Source: Sporopachydermia quercuum | Lineage: Eukaryota | Assembly (NCBI GenBank): GCA_001599295.1 | Contig: BCGN01000007.1 | Location: 632,433 to 696,432, forward strand | DNA length: 64,000 nucleotides | Reading direction: 5' to 3' | In this document: positions 1-11,059 of the stretch, piece after piece | How the letters are laid out: the number at the start of each line of letters is the position of its first letter | Numbering within the stretch: position 1 is the stretch's first letter | The notes under the pieces: generated by a model | What the model was told of the DNA's origin: nothing | Seen by the model: the letters and a program-made list of their open reading frames with translations, nothing else | The model's database searches: none | Position numbers and translations under genes: made by a program

Positions 1-387
1 GTTTTTTGCAAAGCTTTCTTGCAAACTAAAGCCAAATGCATCTGTTCTTGGTGTTCTTATCTGTTCATTCAAACAATTGAAAGAGTTATCAGAAAAGTTC
101 TCATTCTGTATGGGTTTATTTCCATTGAAATAGTCCTGATGTTGCATTGAGTGAGAGCTAAAACTTGTTGGAGGATTTACGGTAGTTTCCCAAGAATAAT
201 TATTTTTCCAAGATCCAATATCAGCCAAAGTATAGTCAGACTCAGACAAGAAGGAGCGTCCATTATAGGTGGACATCATTTTGTAGGATTTTAGGTCAAA
301 TTCCTTTTTTTTGGTCTTGGTGTCATCAAGGATATCTGAGTTAATGTGAGTGTCAGGTCTTTGAAAATGGTTTTGAAAAGAAAACAT
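1..387 (-). CDS. 5' part of an unidentified protein running off the left edge
   Basis: Hand translation from ATG at 387 gives 129 open codons to position 1 (MFSFQNHFQRPDTHINSDILDD...MMSTYNGRSF...QESFAKN). A ~1.9 kb promoter-like region with poly(A)/poly(T) tracts lies upstream. It is absent from the ORF track because no stop falls inside the window. Confidence 0.6.
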   Translation of the reverse strand, partial: MFSFQNHFQRPDTHINSDILDDTKTKKKEFDLKSYKMMSTYNGRSFLSESDYTLADIGSWKNNYSWETTVNPPTSFSSHSMQHQDYFNGNKPIQNENFSDNSFNCLNEQIRTPRTDAFGFSLQESFAKN

Positions 388-2282
388 ATTCAATTATTGC
401 CAGATTTTCTTCTTCTTTTCTAATAAAACCTAGTTTCTAGGCTTATTTCATCAAAAGTCCACAAAGATTTTATAGTCAAAATGACAGAAAGGATGAATAA
501 TTGAAAATGTTTAGACTAGCTATTTTTCAAAGTAGATGAAATTTATGTTTACTATTTAGCTTCGAAGTCTTCATTTGATCAACGACTTTGAAGAGAAGTT
601 TGACACCAACTTATTCAAAGAATCAGCAGACTTTGAGACAAAATGCTTGGGATTTATTGAACACAATCAAATTTAATGAAATTGAAAAAACAATAATCGA
701 AATTAAGGTAGACAAGCAGACTGAAGATCAAAGCAGAAAGTTCAACGTATTTGCCAAACAAGTTGAATTAAACAAATTGTGACCTGATGAGTATTCTTTT
801 TTTTACTTTTTAATTTCTTTTTTTATTCAAGCAGGAATCACGAACTCATTTATACCTTATCAGTAAGAGATCATTCTGTGGAAGGATGACTCCAAACAAT
901 CAAAATCGAAGCGTAAAGTTACAGACATCTTTCCACCAGACTTTCACATGGGGTACATTTGAACTCTTCTAACCTTTTGTACAGCTAAACTTAATTTCTC
1001 TTTCTCATCACATCACGTTCAGAATGTTTCAGCGTTTAAGACTCCATCTAAGAAACAGCAATAGTAGTACGTTGGTGTCTACCAAACAAGAATCCCTCTC
1101 ACTCATAATGATATATCATGAAGAGGGATACTTATTCATTATCAAGAGTAATTAGTTGCAGTTAGAAAAAATAGTACGGGCGCTATGTTTAATTCTACAT
1201 TGCCTCTAACTTCCATAGAGTTTCTTTGATGAGTGAACCCCATAATTAAGATAGATATGTCATTTTGCAACTCATTATCAGAGTTGAGAGTAGAAACTAA
1301 ACACAAATTGTCAACAGAGTTGTTGCATAATCATTCTTTGTAGTACTATGGGAGGTGGACTTTATTTTTTATGTGTCAAAACTTCTTTCCACTAGTTTTT
1401 ACTTTAACTGGTGCGATAACTCTCACTCGAAGCCACTGTAACTACCTGCAAAGCAAATACTTTTGGGAAAACGTTTTACAGGTGAGTTCCCAGCGCAAAA
1501 TTTTGGCTCTTTTTTCGATTTTCATGTAAGCAAGATGTTTATTTCTTCTTAATCAAATCTCACCCATCAGATGAAAAAAAAAAAACAGAAAAAGAAAAAG
1601 AAAAAGCAAGAGATTAATCTCAAAACTTTAAGTATGAAAACGAAATTTCAGCTTCTAAAAGAAGTAAATTGATTGAACTTAAAATGGTTTAGTCCAAAAC
1701 TTCGTGTATTATTTGTGAAGTTTATTCTAATTAGTTCAGCTCTTTTTTTTTGTCACCAACAATAACACAACTATCAAAAAGGTCTTCTATGCCGCACTAA
1801 TAACAACGAAGCAGCGAACGCTTCTATTACCTTGTATTGATGTCATCTGTTTAACAATGAAAACTCGCCTTGTTCTTATAGAAATTTGAAAGATGCTTGT
1901 TGTTGAAAGGTACAATTCAGCAGTAGGGTTTGTCTGCTCTCTGTTCAATAGAAACAACATCGTTTTATTGGATCACAAAAACTATATTGAAAGTTGGGGA
2001 GAGTAGGATAATGGAATTATGTTAAACACACTGGTACCATAGTGCGCTGTATTGTAGGTTTAAGTGAGGAAAGTCATTTGAAGTCAACCATAAACTAACT
2101 ACTGAAGATTTTCTCAACTAACACACTTCAAACTTTTCTTTTTCTTTCAATTATTTTTTTTTTTACTAAAAAAAGTTCTGAAAAGTTGAATGAGCGTAAA
2201 ATTAAATCTGCACAAACTAGTAAATATTTTTGTAAACTGAATTATCCTGTTTGATCCATATTTATACAGTTTACATAACGCA

Positions 2283-4076
2283 TCAAAATTTGACACCCCG
2301 AGCCAGATTTTTACTAATGCCAGTTGTTTCACCAGAGTAAGATGAAGTAGGTTGCTGGTAAACAGCCTTGACACTTTTAAGTTTCTTCTGGGCTTGTTCG
2401 TACTTCTTTCTTTTCTTCACCCTTGGATTTTTGTCTTCTTTCTTCCTATGAGGTGTCAAACCCTTATTCTTCAGTATTTGATAATTAATTGCACGCTTGC
2501 CATTCTCTCCAATCTTCTCTTGCAAAGCATCCAGATTTCCAGCATTATTCGCCAAAACAGCCTGAATATGTATCTTTTTTCTTTCCGCTTTCTTTTCTTT
2601 AGGTTTACCAACGAACTTGTTATAATACTCATCCTCATCTATATTATCGTAAACTCCACTTTCGATATTTTCATCAACACCATCAAACTCGTCATAATTA
2701 TCGTTATTTCTAAAATCATCCTGTTTTTCTAGACCACGTAGTCGCGCTTCCTCCAGAAGTCTCTGTCTCCTTTCAAATAAACGCTCTTTATATGGAAGAT
2801 CCATATCACCGGTGTATTTCTCACCCTTCTTAATTGACTTCTGGTCAATCTTAGATGTGTAAAATCTAAGAGATTTCTTCTTGGCCTTCTTATCCTCCAA
2901 ATCAACGTCTGCGACCATTGAAGGATCAACAAAATCAGCCGTACTTATCAAGTTAGTAGACTTCGACTTGGATGCTTTCTTCAAATCGGCAAGTGAAAGT
3001 TGAAAGTTGAATTCATTGTCGTCGTCCTCTGCTTCATCTTGAGAGTTTGAGACGCTTTCATCATAATCACTAGCTTTCCTCTTAACGCTTTTGTTATCTT
3101 CTATCACTTCTAGATCTGAATCGTCCAGATTATCTGAGTCGTTGAATTCTTCCTCTTCTGCTATATCCATTAGGCTTTCATCGTCAGATAACTCCTCTGA
3201 CTCGTCTTCCAAAATATATTCCTTTCTTGTCTCAGAGGAAACATTCTGTTGTGCATCCAATGATAATTCATGGGCTTGCCTCCAAGCTTCCCGAGCCCTT
3301 AGTAACTCTTCCATAACTGGGTGGTCTTTTATTCCAACACCTCTAGTTCTGTTTTGAAACAAAAATAATGCAAGATACGAACCTATTGTTGCCAAATATG
3401 CGGATAATGCAATGAATTTTATCCTTTCAACACGATTTGAGCTCTCACTAGAATATTTGAAAAGTTCTTTTTTCAGGCTTATTAGTTCCTCCACCAAGGG
3501 AGTAAATTCTGGATTTGAATTATTCAACAGTTTCTTTCTTTCACTTTCACTTAGTTTGGTGATGTCCTCATCGTTCTCATCCTCAACTGATACTTTTAAA
3601 TCTTTTAATATCAATTCGCCTTCTTCTCTTATTTTTTTCCTTTGCTCTTCTTGCCAATCTTCTACTACATCATCATCAATAAAATCAGCCATATTTAATT
3701 CACTCATATGTCTTCTCTGTAGCTTCAATGCTTCTTCTTCGATTTCTTTCTGTTCTTCCTCATCAGCTTCATCTAAATCATCGGCTCCATAATAATTCAT
3801 CCTCGATTTCCCCCACCGATTCAAATCGTCATCTGCCTCCTCCTCTTCGTCATTATCGTTTCTTCCTAAGATATCATCGTCGCTTAGTTGCACATCCTCC
3901 TCCTCTTCCTCATCAGATGCAGCATCTCCTAGCACTTCCTCTTCACTATCATCTTCACTGTACCTTTGCTGATCTATATCTTCCAGGAGCACTTGCTCTT
4001 TTTGTTTAGAGAAGATATCCAATTCATCATCAGATGGATCAATAGGTTCACCACCTTTGATTGATCTTCTAGCCAT
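2283..4076 (-). CDS. SAS10: Sas10/Utp3 SSU processome subunit
   Basis: Acidic N-terminus with WG...YYGAD; central HPVMEELL; C-terminal Sas10 domain KRAINYQILKNKGLTPHRKK..KNPRVKKRKKY..YSGETTGI. The likely start is ATG 4076 (MARR), not the 4127 of the ORF track. Confidence 0.95.
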   Translation of the reverse strand: MARRSIKGGEPIDPSDDELDIFSKQKEQVLLEDIDQQRYSEDDSEEEVLGDAASDEEEEEDVQLSDDDILGRNDNDEEEEADDDLNRWGKSRMNYYGADDLDEADEEEQKEIEEEALKLQRRHMSELNMADFIDDDVVEDWQEEQRKKIREEGELILKDLKVSVEDENDEDITKLSESERKKLLNNSNPEFTPLVEELISLKKELFKYSSESSNRVERIKFIALSAYLATIGSYLALFLFQNRTRGVGIKDHPVMEELLRAREAWRQAHELSLDAQQNVSSETRKEYILEDESEELSDDESLMDIAEEEEFNDSDNLDDSDLEVIEDNKSVKRKASDYDESVSNSQDEAEDDDNEFNFQLSLADLKKASKSKSTNLISTADFVDPSMVADVDLEDKKAKKKSLRFYTSKIDQKSIKKGEKYTGDMDLPYKERLFERRQRLLEEARLRGLEKQDDFRNNDNYDEFDGVDENIESGVYDNIDEDEYYNKFVGKPKEKKAERKKIHIQAVLANNAGNLDALQEKIGENGKRAINYQILKNKGLTPHRKKEDKNPRVKKRKKYEQAQKKLKSVKAVYQQPTSSYSGETTGISKNLARGVKF

Positions 4077-4676
4077 CCCTTTTATATATACTCTGACTAA
4101 TCTTCCTAGCCCTCTTCGGCGTATCAATATTGCTTAGAGACCTTATTCACACATAAAAAAATGTCATAAAAAAGTTGAAGTGATCAAACAATTTGGTGAT
4201 TATATTTACAGAGCTGNATAACATCCAAGATAATGAGAAAGCCAGCCTATGTGTAGTCAGCGTCTTTTCTCTTCCTACCATCGTAGTACTAACTTCCTTA
4301 GCTTCTTTTATCTATTATCTATCACACAAATAATCTTTTATCCATAATAATTAAAAAGAATAAAATTTTTTAAACTTTTCTGAATTCCGATCGTTTCATC
4401 CTCAGATTCCGGAAGATGTTATCATTAGTATATCTTTAGAACTCCCTTTTTGAGAAACTTAATCGAGCTAGTTCATTTCTGCGTAAAGTGGTAAAATGTT
4501 TCATTACTATACAAGAGTTCTTATTATTGATGTTGAGCATACTTTGAAACGAAAACATCCAGTACTTTATTTTTTCCATTTCCATTTGAATTATTTGAGT
4601 TTACATTATATATTAACAAAATACTGCATTTATTCAGGTTTATTAGCAGATTCACAATACCTAATAAAAATATAAA

Positions 4677-6112
4677 ATGTCNGATAAACCACCACAACGA
4701 TTAGATTCACTTGCTAAACGACCAACAGCCAAACAAGTTGCTGGATCAGGGAAAGTGAGCTTGGGCAAATTCAAACCAAAAGTTGTTGCAAGAAGAACTA
4801 AGGAAGAAAGAGTGACTGATGCTCCTCCAGTAAGTATAAGAAATTGACATTTGTGGAATAACTTAGGTAGCTCTTGATTGCGCAGAACATTGTATTAACT
4901 AACTCGAAGGATGCTCAAAGGGAAGCTGATTCAAAGCGTAATAGGGGAACTCAAAGCAGAGTTAGAGGCAGAGGCACTGGTAGAGGTGGTAGAGGACGAG
5001 GAGGTTTTGTACCAAGTGCCGCTGCTGCATCCGGCCCGTTAGGTGGAATTTCTTTCATGGATGTGAAAGGTGAATCCAAATCATTAACATTCAGAGAAAG
5101 ATCAGCAACTCCAATAGCATATTCTCCTACTCCTGAATACTTACAGAATATTTCCGGATCAGCAACACCAGATGATAGAGCTGTTTCAGATGAGGATCAA
5201 AATAAAATCAACATGAGTGGTTCATTCGCCGATAATGATTTCGTTAACGAGTTTTTTCCTGTAAGAGCAGATCGTGAAAAGGAAACAATAGAAAATATTA
5301 CTAGTTGTGAAATCACTTCTAGTGATAAAGACGATAATGATGATGAAGATGAGAGCTCAGAAGCTGATGAGATACAGGAGATGGATATTGATGATGCATT
5401 AGAAGTGAAAGATGAAGACGCAGGTGTAGTATTCAGCGAAGATAAACGTGAACAGCTATATTCAGGGAAACGAGAGAATAAAAATAGGACCAAAAAGGGA
5501 AAGAGAGAAAGGGGAGAATCCATAAAGAGTAAAGTTGATAATATAAACGAATTGATTGAGATAATTCACGAAAGCTTGAAAATCTCAAGCAAACGATCAG
5601 AAGGGAAAAGTGGAACGACAGAAGTACTTGAAACTGAGGCTGCAGATATACAACCTATGGATCAAGATCCAACGAAGAATACTTCATTTGAGGAGTTGAA
5701 TAGAATGTTACTATTTCAATTTCCAGGTGTCTTCCCACGATTTTACAAGAGGAGCAATAAGGTTGGCACCGATAACATTCCATATAAGGAAATTCTTGGT
5801 GACGAAGCAATGAGTGTTCTTGGAAGTGAAAAAACTAAAGCATCAGGAGAAAAACTTGAGGTGAAATTTGGGGAGAATAATACTAATAATGATCAAGAAC
5901 TTCAGGGTCAAATTGGTAAACTTCGAATTCATAAGTCCGGTAAATTATCGATAAAGATTGGTAATATTGTAATGGAGGTGGAACAAGGAACTAAATCGTC
6001 TTTTTTGCAGGACTGTATTGTCATGAATGAACTATCGAAAAAAGTTTATTCTGTAGGGCGTCTCTCAAATCATATCATTGTTTCTCCAAACATAGAAAGA
6101 TTATTACGATGA
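4677..6112 (+). CDS. RPC53: RNA polymerase III subunit C53 (RPC4); exons 4677-4829 and 4910-6112
   Basis: Exon 1 encodes RLDSL...KFKPKVVARRTKEER, the conserved Rpc53 N-terminus. The intron is GTAAGT(4830)...TATTAACTAAC...AAG(4909), phase 0 and in frame with the track ORF. The C-terminal RPC4 domain reads LLFQFP...GQIGKLRIHKSGKLSIKIGNIVMEV. Confidence 0.92.
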
Positions 6113-6927
6113 TGTCACTCTTTGCGATTTATTGTTAAAGAGTTTTTAGGAAGGAGTATAACTCCATGTATCTTAAGTTAAAAATTCTTAAGTTGAAAAT
6201 TCTCTATATTCTAATAAGATTCAGCATTACACTAGCATACAATATAATATCAATAACTATCTCTTCTTCTCATACTAATTGGTCCACGGTTTCTCAAGCT
6301 TTCACTAGTCTGTATGTATATACAGATATTAATATTATATAATCATTAAATACTTTTGTCCCATGTCGCGTGATTCACCACTTAATCAGTTATCTACATC
6401 ACAAACTATTCACATGACCTAGTTATTCCCGATATAGTAAACGACGATTGTAATCCTTCATCGGATTTGAATTCCTTCCCCCTCTGCTCTCATAGTAATT
6501 GCAAGGATGCTGTCTATTAATTATTCATCAGAGTTATAGTCGAATGAATGTCACTTGAAGTATAAAAATTGCATTTTAGTGTAATAGTTTACGTGAAAAC
6601 TCGACTTATTGTGAAAATTGAATTTGTGAATAGTACTTTGCTTATACTTCATATCAGGTTCATCAATTAATTTGCCTCCAGCAAGGTTGATTACCATACA
6701 TGATATGATGACAGCATACAAGACCATATTGATACTGGTTATATTTCTGTCTCTTGTAAAATAATCAAAATTCATTAGGTAGATGAAAAATAATAAAGAA
6801 GAATTTTGCATGGGCACATACACTGTCTACAGAACATACAGTTTTATACATCTTATTTTCAATCTGTTCACGGATTAGCGGCATCCAACTTACCTGTTTG
6901 TAATTTGGTACTTCCATCCTGTTTCCA

Positions 6928-9900
6928 ATGTCTGATAAAAACAACACCTTTTTATCGAGAGTGTTTGGCTCAGAATCGACGGAGTCAGTCACTATTTCTG
7001 ATAAAAACGATGTCTCATCAGAGTTCGCGCCTGGGAACAACTGGCTTAAGTCATCAATCAAGAGTACGAATTCAGAGATAGAGGAAGATGAACGAGATGA
7101 AGATCGAAGTAGAGAAGCAGTTGCTCCGCACGATATAACTTCTCCGAACTTTGATATTAAACATCTAGACACTATTCCTGGCAATAATCCTTATACACAA
7201 TCAGAGGCAGGAGATGAAGAACGCGTTCAAGAAGAAATTTTTAACGATGACGACGATGATGATCCTAATGCCCAGTTTATTACGAGATCAAGAACTATTT
7301 CAAAGTCTTCAGGCTCATCAATTAATACCTCTTCCTTTCGTTACGATAATAATGCACTCCGGCGTGGTCGTAGTCCTGTTTCGGGAAGTCAAGCTCGACC
7401 TTCTGGTAATGCACGTATTGATACCCAAAAGCAACTTGACCCAGAAGCTCCTCAAATATCTTTCAAAAGCACTTTAGTTAAACCAAATGATCGTCGTCTA
7501 TCGTTGCTGCAATCTGAGCTAATTGATTCCGAGATTGACTTTGATCCACATGATCCTCGTTACGAACTGAAAGCGTCAGCTCAAAGGGCGTTGGTGGGAA
7601 AATACCCATATACGAATAATAATACTAACAACACTCATGATACACATATTTCCATAAGCAATGAACCGGACGAAGAGGCGATCGAGTCTTTGATGGTTGA
7701 AAAGCAACCTAAAGATGGACCCTCCAGGAAATGGAAGAGAAACCTCGATGTAGAAACTGTCGATCGTTTTGATAATACTGTCAACAATAATCTCGATACC
7801 GCTACTAAGAACAATTCAAATGTTCTCATAAAAGATACATTTGAGAACAACATCCCTAAAGCTTCATCGCGTTTTCATCCTTCTCAAAAGTCGAGTAGTC
7901 ATCCTTACATTCCTAAAAACAAACAATCTATCTCGTCGAATTATTTCAAGCAAATCCCAGAGATGTATACCAACTCTGCCACCAAATTAAAAAAAAAACT
8001 AATGAAGGCATCTTACAAAGATGAGCATTATCAGAGAATTCAGTATGGCATTCTGGATCCTTTGGAATTAGCTAAGTGGAAATGGGCAAACGTGGAAAAC
8101 CTGGACATTTTTTTGAGCGATGTGTACAGGTTTTATGTTGAAGATGGCTTTTGGTGCTGCATATTATCAAGAGCTCTTGATCTCCTAACACTGTTATTTG
8201 TTGTACTCTTTTCAACATATTTATTTTTTTGCATTGACTACTCAAATTTGAAGCACGCTAAAAGTCTACAAGATATTCAAATCGATAAATTCTTCTCAAA
8301 GTTGCCATTTGTGTTCAAAACTATTCTAATGATATTCTTCACGTTTGTCATATACAAAGCTATTGAATTTGTATTTGAGTTGAAACGATTGAAAGAAATT
8401 AGCAACTTTTATCAATATTTGCTGAATATTTCTGATTCTGAGATTCAAACCATTTCCTGGCAAAATGTGGTCTCCAGGATTGTTTTGTTGAAAGATCAGA
8501 ATGCTGTCACTGCTGATATCTCTGATCTGAAGTCTAAATACAGATTGGACGCTCAAGGTATTGCTAATAGAATTATGAGAAAGGATAACTTTATGATTGC
8601 TATGTTTAATAAGAACATTCTTGATTTATCATTAAAATTTCCTTTTCATATTCCCAGATTGATAACCAATATGAATTTGGGGTTGCTTTGCCATTGCTGT
8701 GATAATTCTATTGTTCAACCTTTCGTTACGAAGACATTGGAGTGGAACATTGATTTGGCTATCAATAACTTCATATTCAACCCTCAAGGTCAAATAAATT
8801 CTATAGTGTTGAAACCGTCATCTAGAAAAAGATTAGCAAAAGAACTAAGGCAAAGGATTATAAGAATAGCTGTTTTAAACATCATAGTGGCACCTTTCTT
8901 AGTTCTATACTTTATAGCATTGAATTTTTTCAAATATTTCAATGCATTCCATAAGAATCCAAGTGCCTTTGGTTCAAGACAATACACTCCTCTTGCTGAA
9001 TGGAAATTCCGTGAGTTCAATGAGTTGAATCATTTATTCCAGACGAGATTGAATAAAAGTAATACCCTAGCTAAAGACTACCTTGATTCGTTTCCTAATA
9101 AAAAGCTAATTGTTGTACTTAAATTTATCAGCTTTATCTCTGGTTCTTTTGCTGGTGTGTTAACCATACTAACTGTTGTTGATCCTGAAGTATTTCTTAC
9201 GTTCGAACTCACTAAAGAGAAAACAGTTTTTTTTTATATAGGTATTTTTGGATCTATATGGGCAGTGACAAGAGGCATGATTACTGAAGAGAAGACGAAT
9301 ATTGACTTTGAAAACCAAGCAAGATCTATTGCTAGATATACGCATTATTTGCCTTTAGATTGGGAAGGAAGATTCCATCATGAAGAAGTAAGAAAGGAAT
9401 TCAGCGCATTATATGACTTGAAAATTAATGTAATACTGAGGGAACTATCATCATTATTGCTTACCCCATTTATACTATGGTTTTCATTAGCGGATTCGTC
9501 AGCCAGGATTATTGATTTCTTTAGAGATTTCACAGTTCATGTTGATGGGCTAGGGTATGTTTGTTCGTTTGCTATGTTTGATTTTGATAAAAAGAAAAGA
9601 ATTGGTAATGATGATTTAAGAGATACCTACTTTACTGCAACAGATGGTAAGATGTTGAAATCTTTCTTATATTTTGTTGATAGCTATGGGAATCAGAATG
9701 GTAATGTTAATGGTAATGGTAATGATAATGGAATGAATCAATCTATTACGGATTCGATTTATGATTGTTACAATGAAGGGTTAAGTTTTAGAATTGGTAG
9801 TAATAGTAATGGTAATGGTAATGGCAACGGAAACGGCAACGGAAATGGTAATTATAATAAAAGAGAAGTAGATGGATACTCGGGACTTGGTTCAATTATT

Positions 9901-10239
9901 ATCAATCGAAATGATAATAGAAATAGCAACAACAGTGGATTGAACTATAACAGAAAAGGTTATAGTAAAGGATATGGAATGAGGCAAGTGAATACTGGAA
10001 CTGGCATTGGGCATCCTGACAGTCGAATTGTTACAAATAATATTATAAGTAGTATTTACAACAGCCACTCTTTTGATACAAATCGAAATTTAAATGAGTC
10101 TTTTAATGGTGAATTGGAGAGTTCTTTCGAAGTTCCCTTCTCAAGATTTGATAAGAGTATTGAAAAGAGCTTTGGTCATACTGACGGTGGGGTCCTGGGA
10201 CTGATCAATCAATTTACAAAACGAGCTGACTCGAAGTAA
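6928..10239 (+). CDS. ATG9: Autophagy lipid scramblase Atg9
   Basis: Motifs WKWANVENLDIFLSDVY, IANRIMRKDNFMIA, AEWKFREFNELNHLF, IIDFFRDFTVHVDGLGYVCSFAMFDF and C-terminal GGVLGLINQF; several transmembrane segments. Confidence 0.97.
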   Translation: MSDKNNTFLSRVFGSESTESVTISDKNDVSSEFAPGNNWLKSSIKSTNSEIEEDERDEDRSREAVAPHDITSPNFDIKHLDTIPGNNPYTQSEAGDEERVQEEIFNDDDDDDPNAQFITRSRTISKSSGSSINTSSFRYDNNALRRGRSPVSGSQARPSGNARIDTQKQLDPEAPQISFKSTLVKPNDRRLSLLQSELIDSEIDFDPHDPRYELKASAQRALVGKYPYTNNNTNNTHDTHISISNEPDEEAIESLMVEKQPKDGPSRKWKRNLDVETVDRFDNTVNNNLDTATKNNSNVLIKDTFENNIPKASSRFHPSQKSSSHPYIPKNKQSISSNYFKQIPEMYTNSATKLKKKLMKASYKDEHYQRIQYGILDPLELAKWKWANVENLDIFLSDVYRFYVEDGFWCCILSRALDLLTLLFVVLFSTYLFFCIDYSNLKHAKSLQDIQIDKFFSKLPFVFKTILMIFFTFVIYKAIEFVFELKRLKEISNFYQYLLNISDSEIQTISWQNVVSRIVLLKDQNAVTADISDLKSKYRLDAQGIANRIMRKDNFMIAMFNKNILDLSLKFPFHIPRLITNMNLGLLCHCCDNSIVQPFVTKTLEWNIDLAINNFIFNPQGQINSIVLKPSSRKRLAKELRQRIIRIAVLNIIVAPFLVLYFIALNFFKYFNAFHKNPSAFGSRQYTPLAEWKFREFNELNHLFQTRLNKSNTLAKDYLDSFPNKKLIVVLKFISFISGSFAGVLTILTVVDPEVFLTFELTKEKTVFFYIGIFGSIWAVTRGMITEEKTNIDFENQARSIARYTHYLPLDWEGRFHHEEVRKEFSALYDLKINVILRELSSLLLTPFILWFSLADSSARIIDFFRDFTVHVDGLGYVCSFAMFDFDKKKRIGNDDLRDTYFTATDGKMLKSFLYFVDSYGNQNGNVNGNGNDNGMNQSITDSIYDCYNEGLSFRIGSNSNGNGNGNGNGNGNGNYNKREVDGYSGLGSIIINRNDNRNSNNSGLNYNRKGYSKGYGMRQVNTGTGIGHPDSRIVTNNIISSIYNSHSFDTNRNLNESFNGELESSFEVPFSRFDKSIEKSFGHTDGGVLGLINQFTKRADSK
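9697..9852 (+). repeat. GGTAAT/GGAAAC (Gly-Asn) coding microsatellite in the ATG9 tail
   Basis: Degenerate hexamer repeats encoding NGNGNGNG. Confidence 0.8.
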
Positions 10240-10384
10240 GGAACTTGCCAGGAACTTGCCAGATGGGATAAAATCAAATTGAATTCAAACCAGAATGACT
10301 TAGTATCTTTATTCTCTTTTGAATGATAAAGAATGTGTGTATTAAAAACTTCATAGCTCATTATTATCATAAAAGGGGTGTACA

Positions 10385-10402
10385 TATATATATATATATA
10401 TA
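10385..10402. repeat. (AT)n microsatellite downstream of ATG9
   Basis: The sequence atatatatatatatatat is directly visible. Confidence 0.85.
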
Positions 10403-11059
10403 TTTGTGCATTATGTTGCATATCGTTCTGGAGTATTGTATTTTGCTATTTATAGTAATGAGAATTGAATTTTTAATGCTACGCTTAATGATTACCCTGA
10501 ATGTAAGTTTAATTCTTGCTCTTTTCCGGGGTTATTGAGTTCTCAACCTCGAGGAATGATGCATGAACATACGCAGAACAAAATAAAAAATAAAAAAAAA
10601 ATGTATAAAACAATACAGAAAATTGCGGGGTATTCTCGAGAGTCTTATTTCTATCGGCATTCCCTTTTTGATGAAATATTGATATGCCACCGGAATCTTG
10701 TTTTAACAAGAGTATGTCGTATTATCATATAATTAGTCTATGTAAAATATAAAGGTGACTCAAAATTCGGAAGCATGTACTAAGTTGGCGGGGCCTCAGA
10801 TTTCAGTACTAACAACAGTACTGCCTACCAATAATCACATTAGACTTCAACTCAAAAACATTATAAAAAGTTCTTTCGTTAGCATCAAAGATCCCAGGTG
10901 ATAGTAAGTAATTAGACAAGATAAACAGTCAATTACAATTTGTTCGTAATTATTATATAATCTGCTTTATCACGATGAACCAATAACTTATTGTTATTTG
11001 CAGGTATCTAATCTCGTAACCTTTGATTTAAATATCTTCTCTCAAGCTAGCTAGCTAGT

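Noticed and set aside
2352..4009. Plus-strand ORFs antisense to SAS10, and similar Ser/Leu/Phe-rich shadows in RPC53, BAS1, CAND1, RAD9 and ADR1
   Set aside because: They are reverse-complement shadows of acidic or low-complexity coding sequence with no independent motifs.
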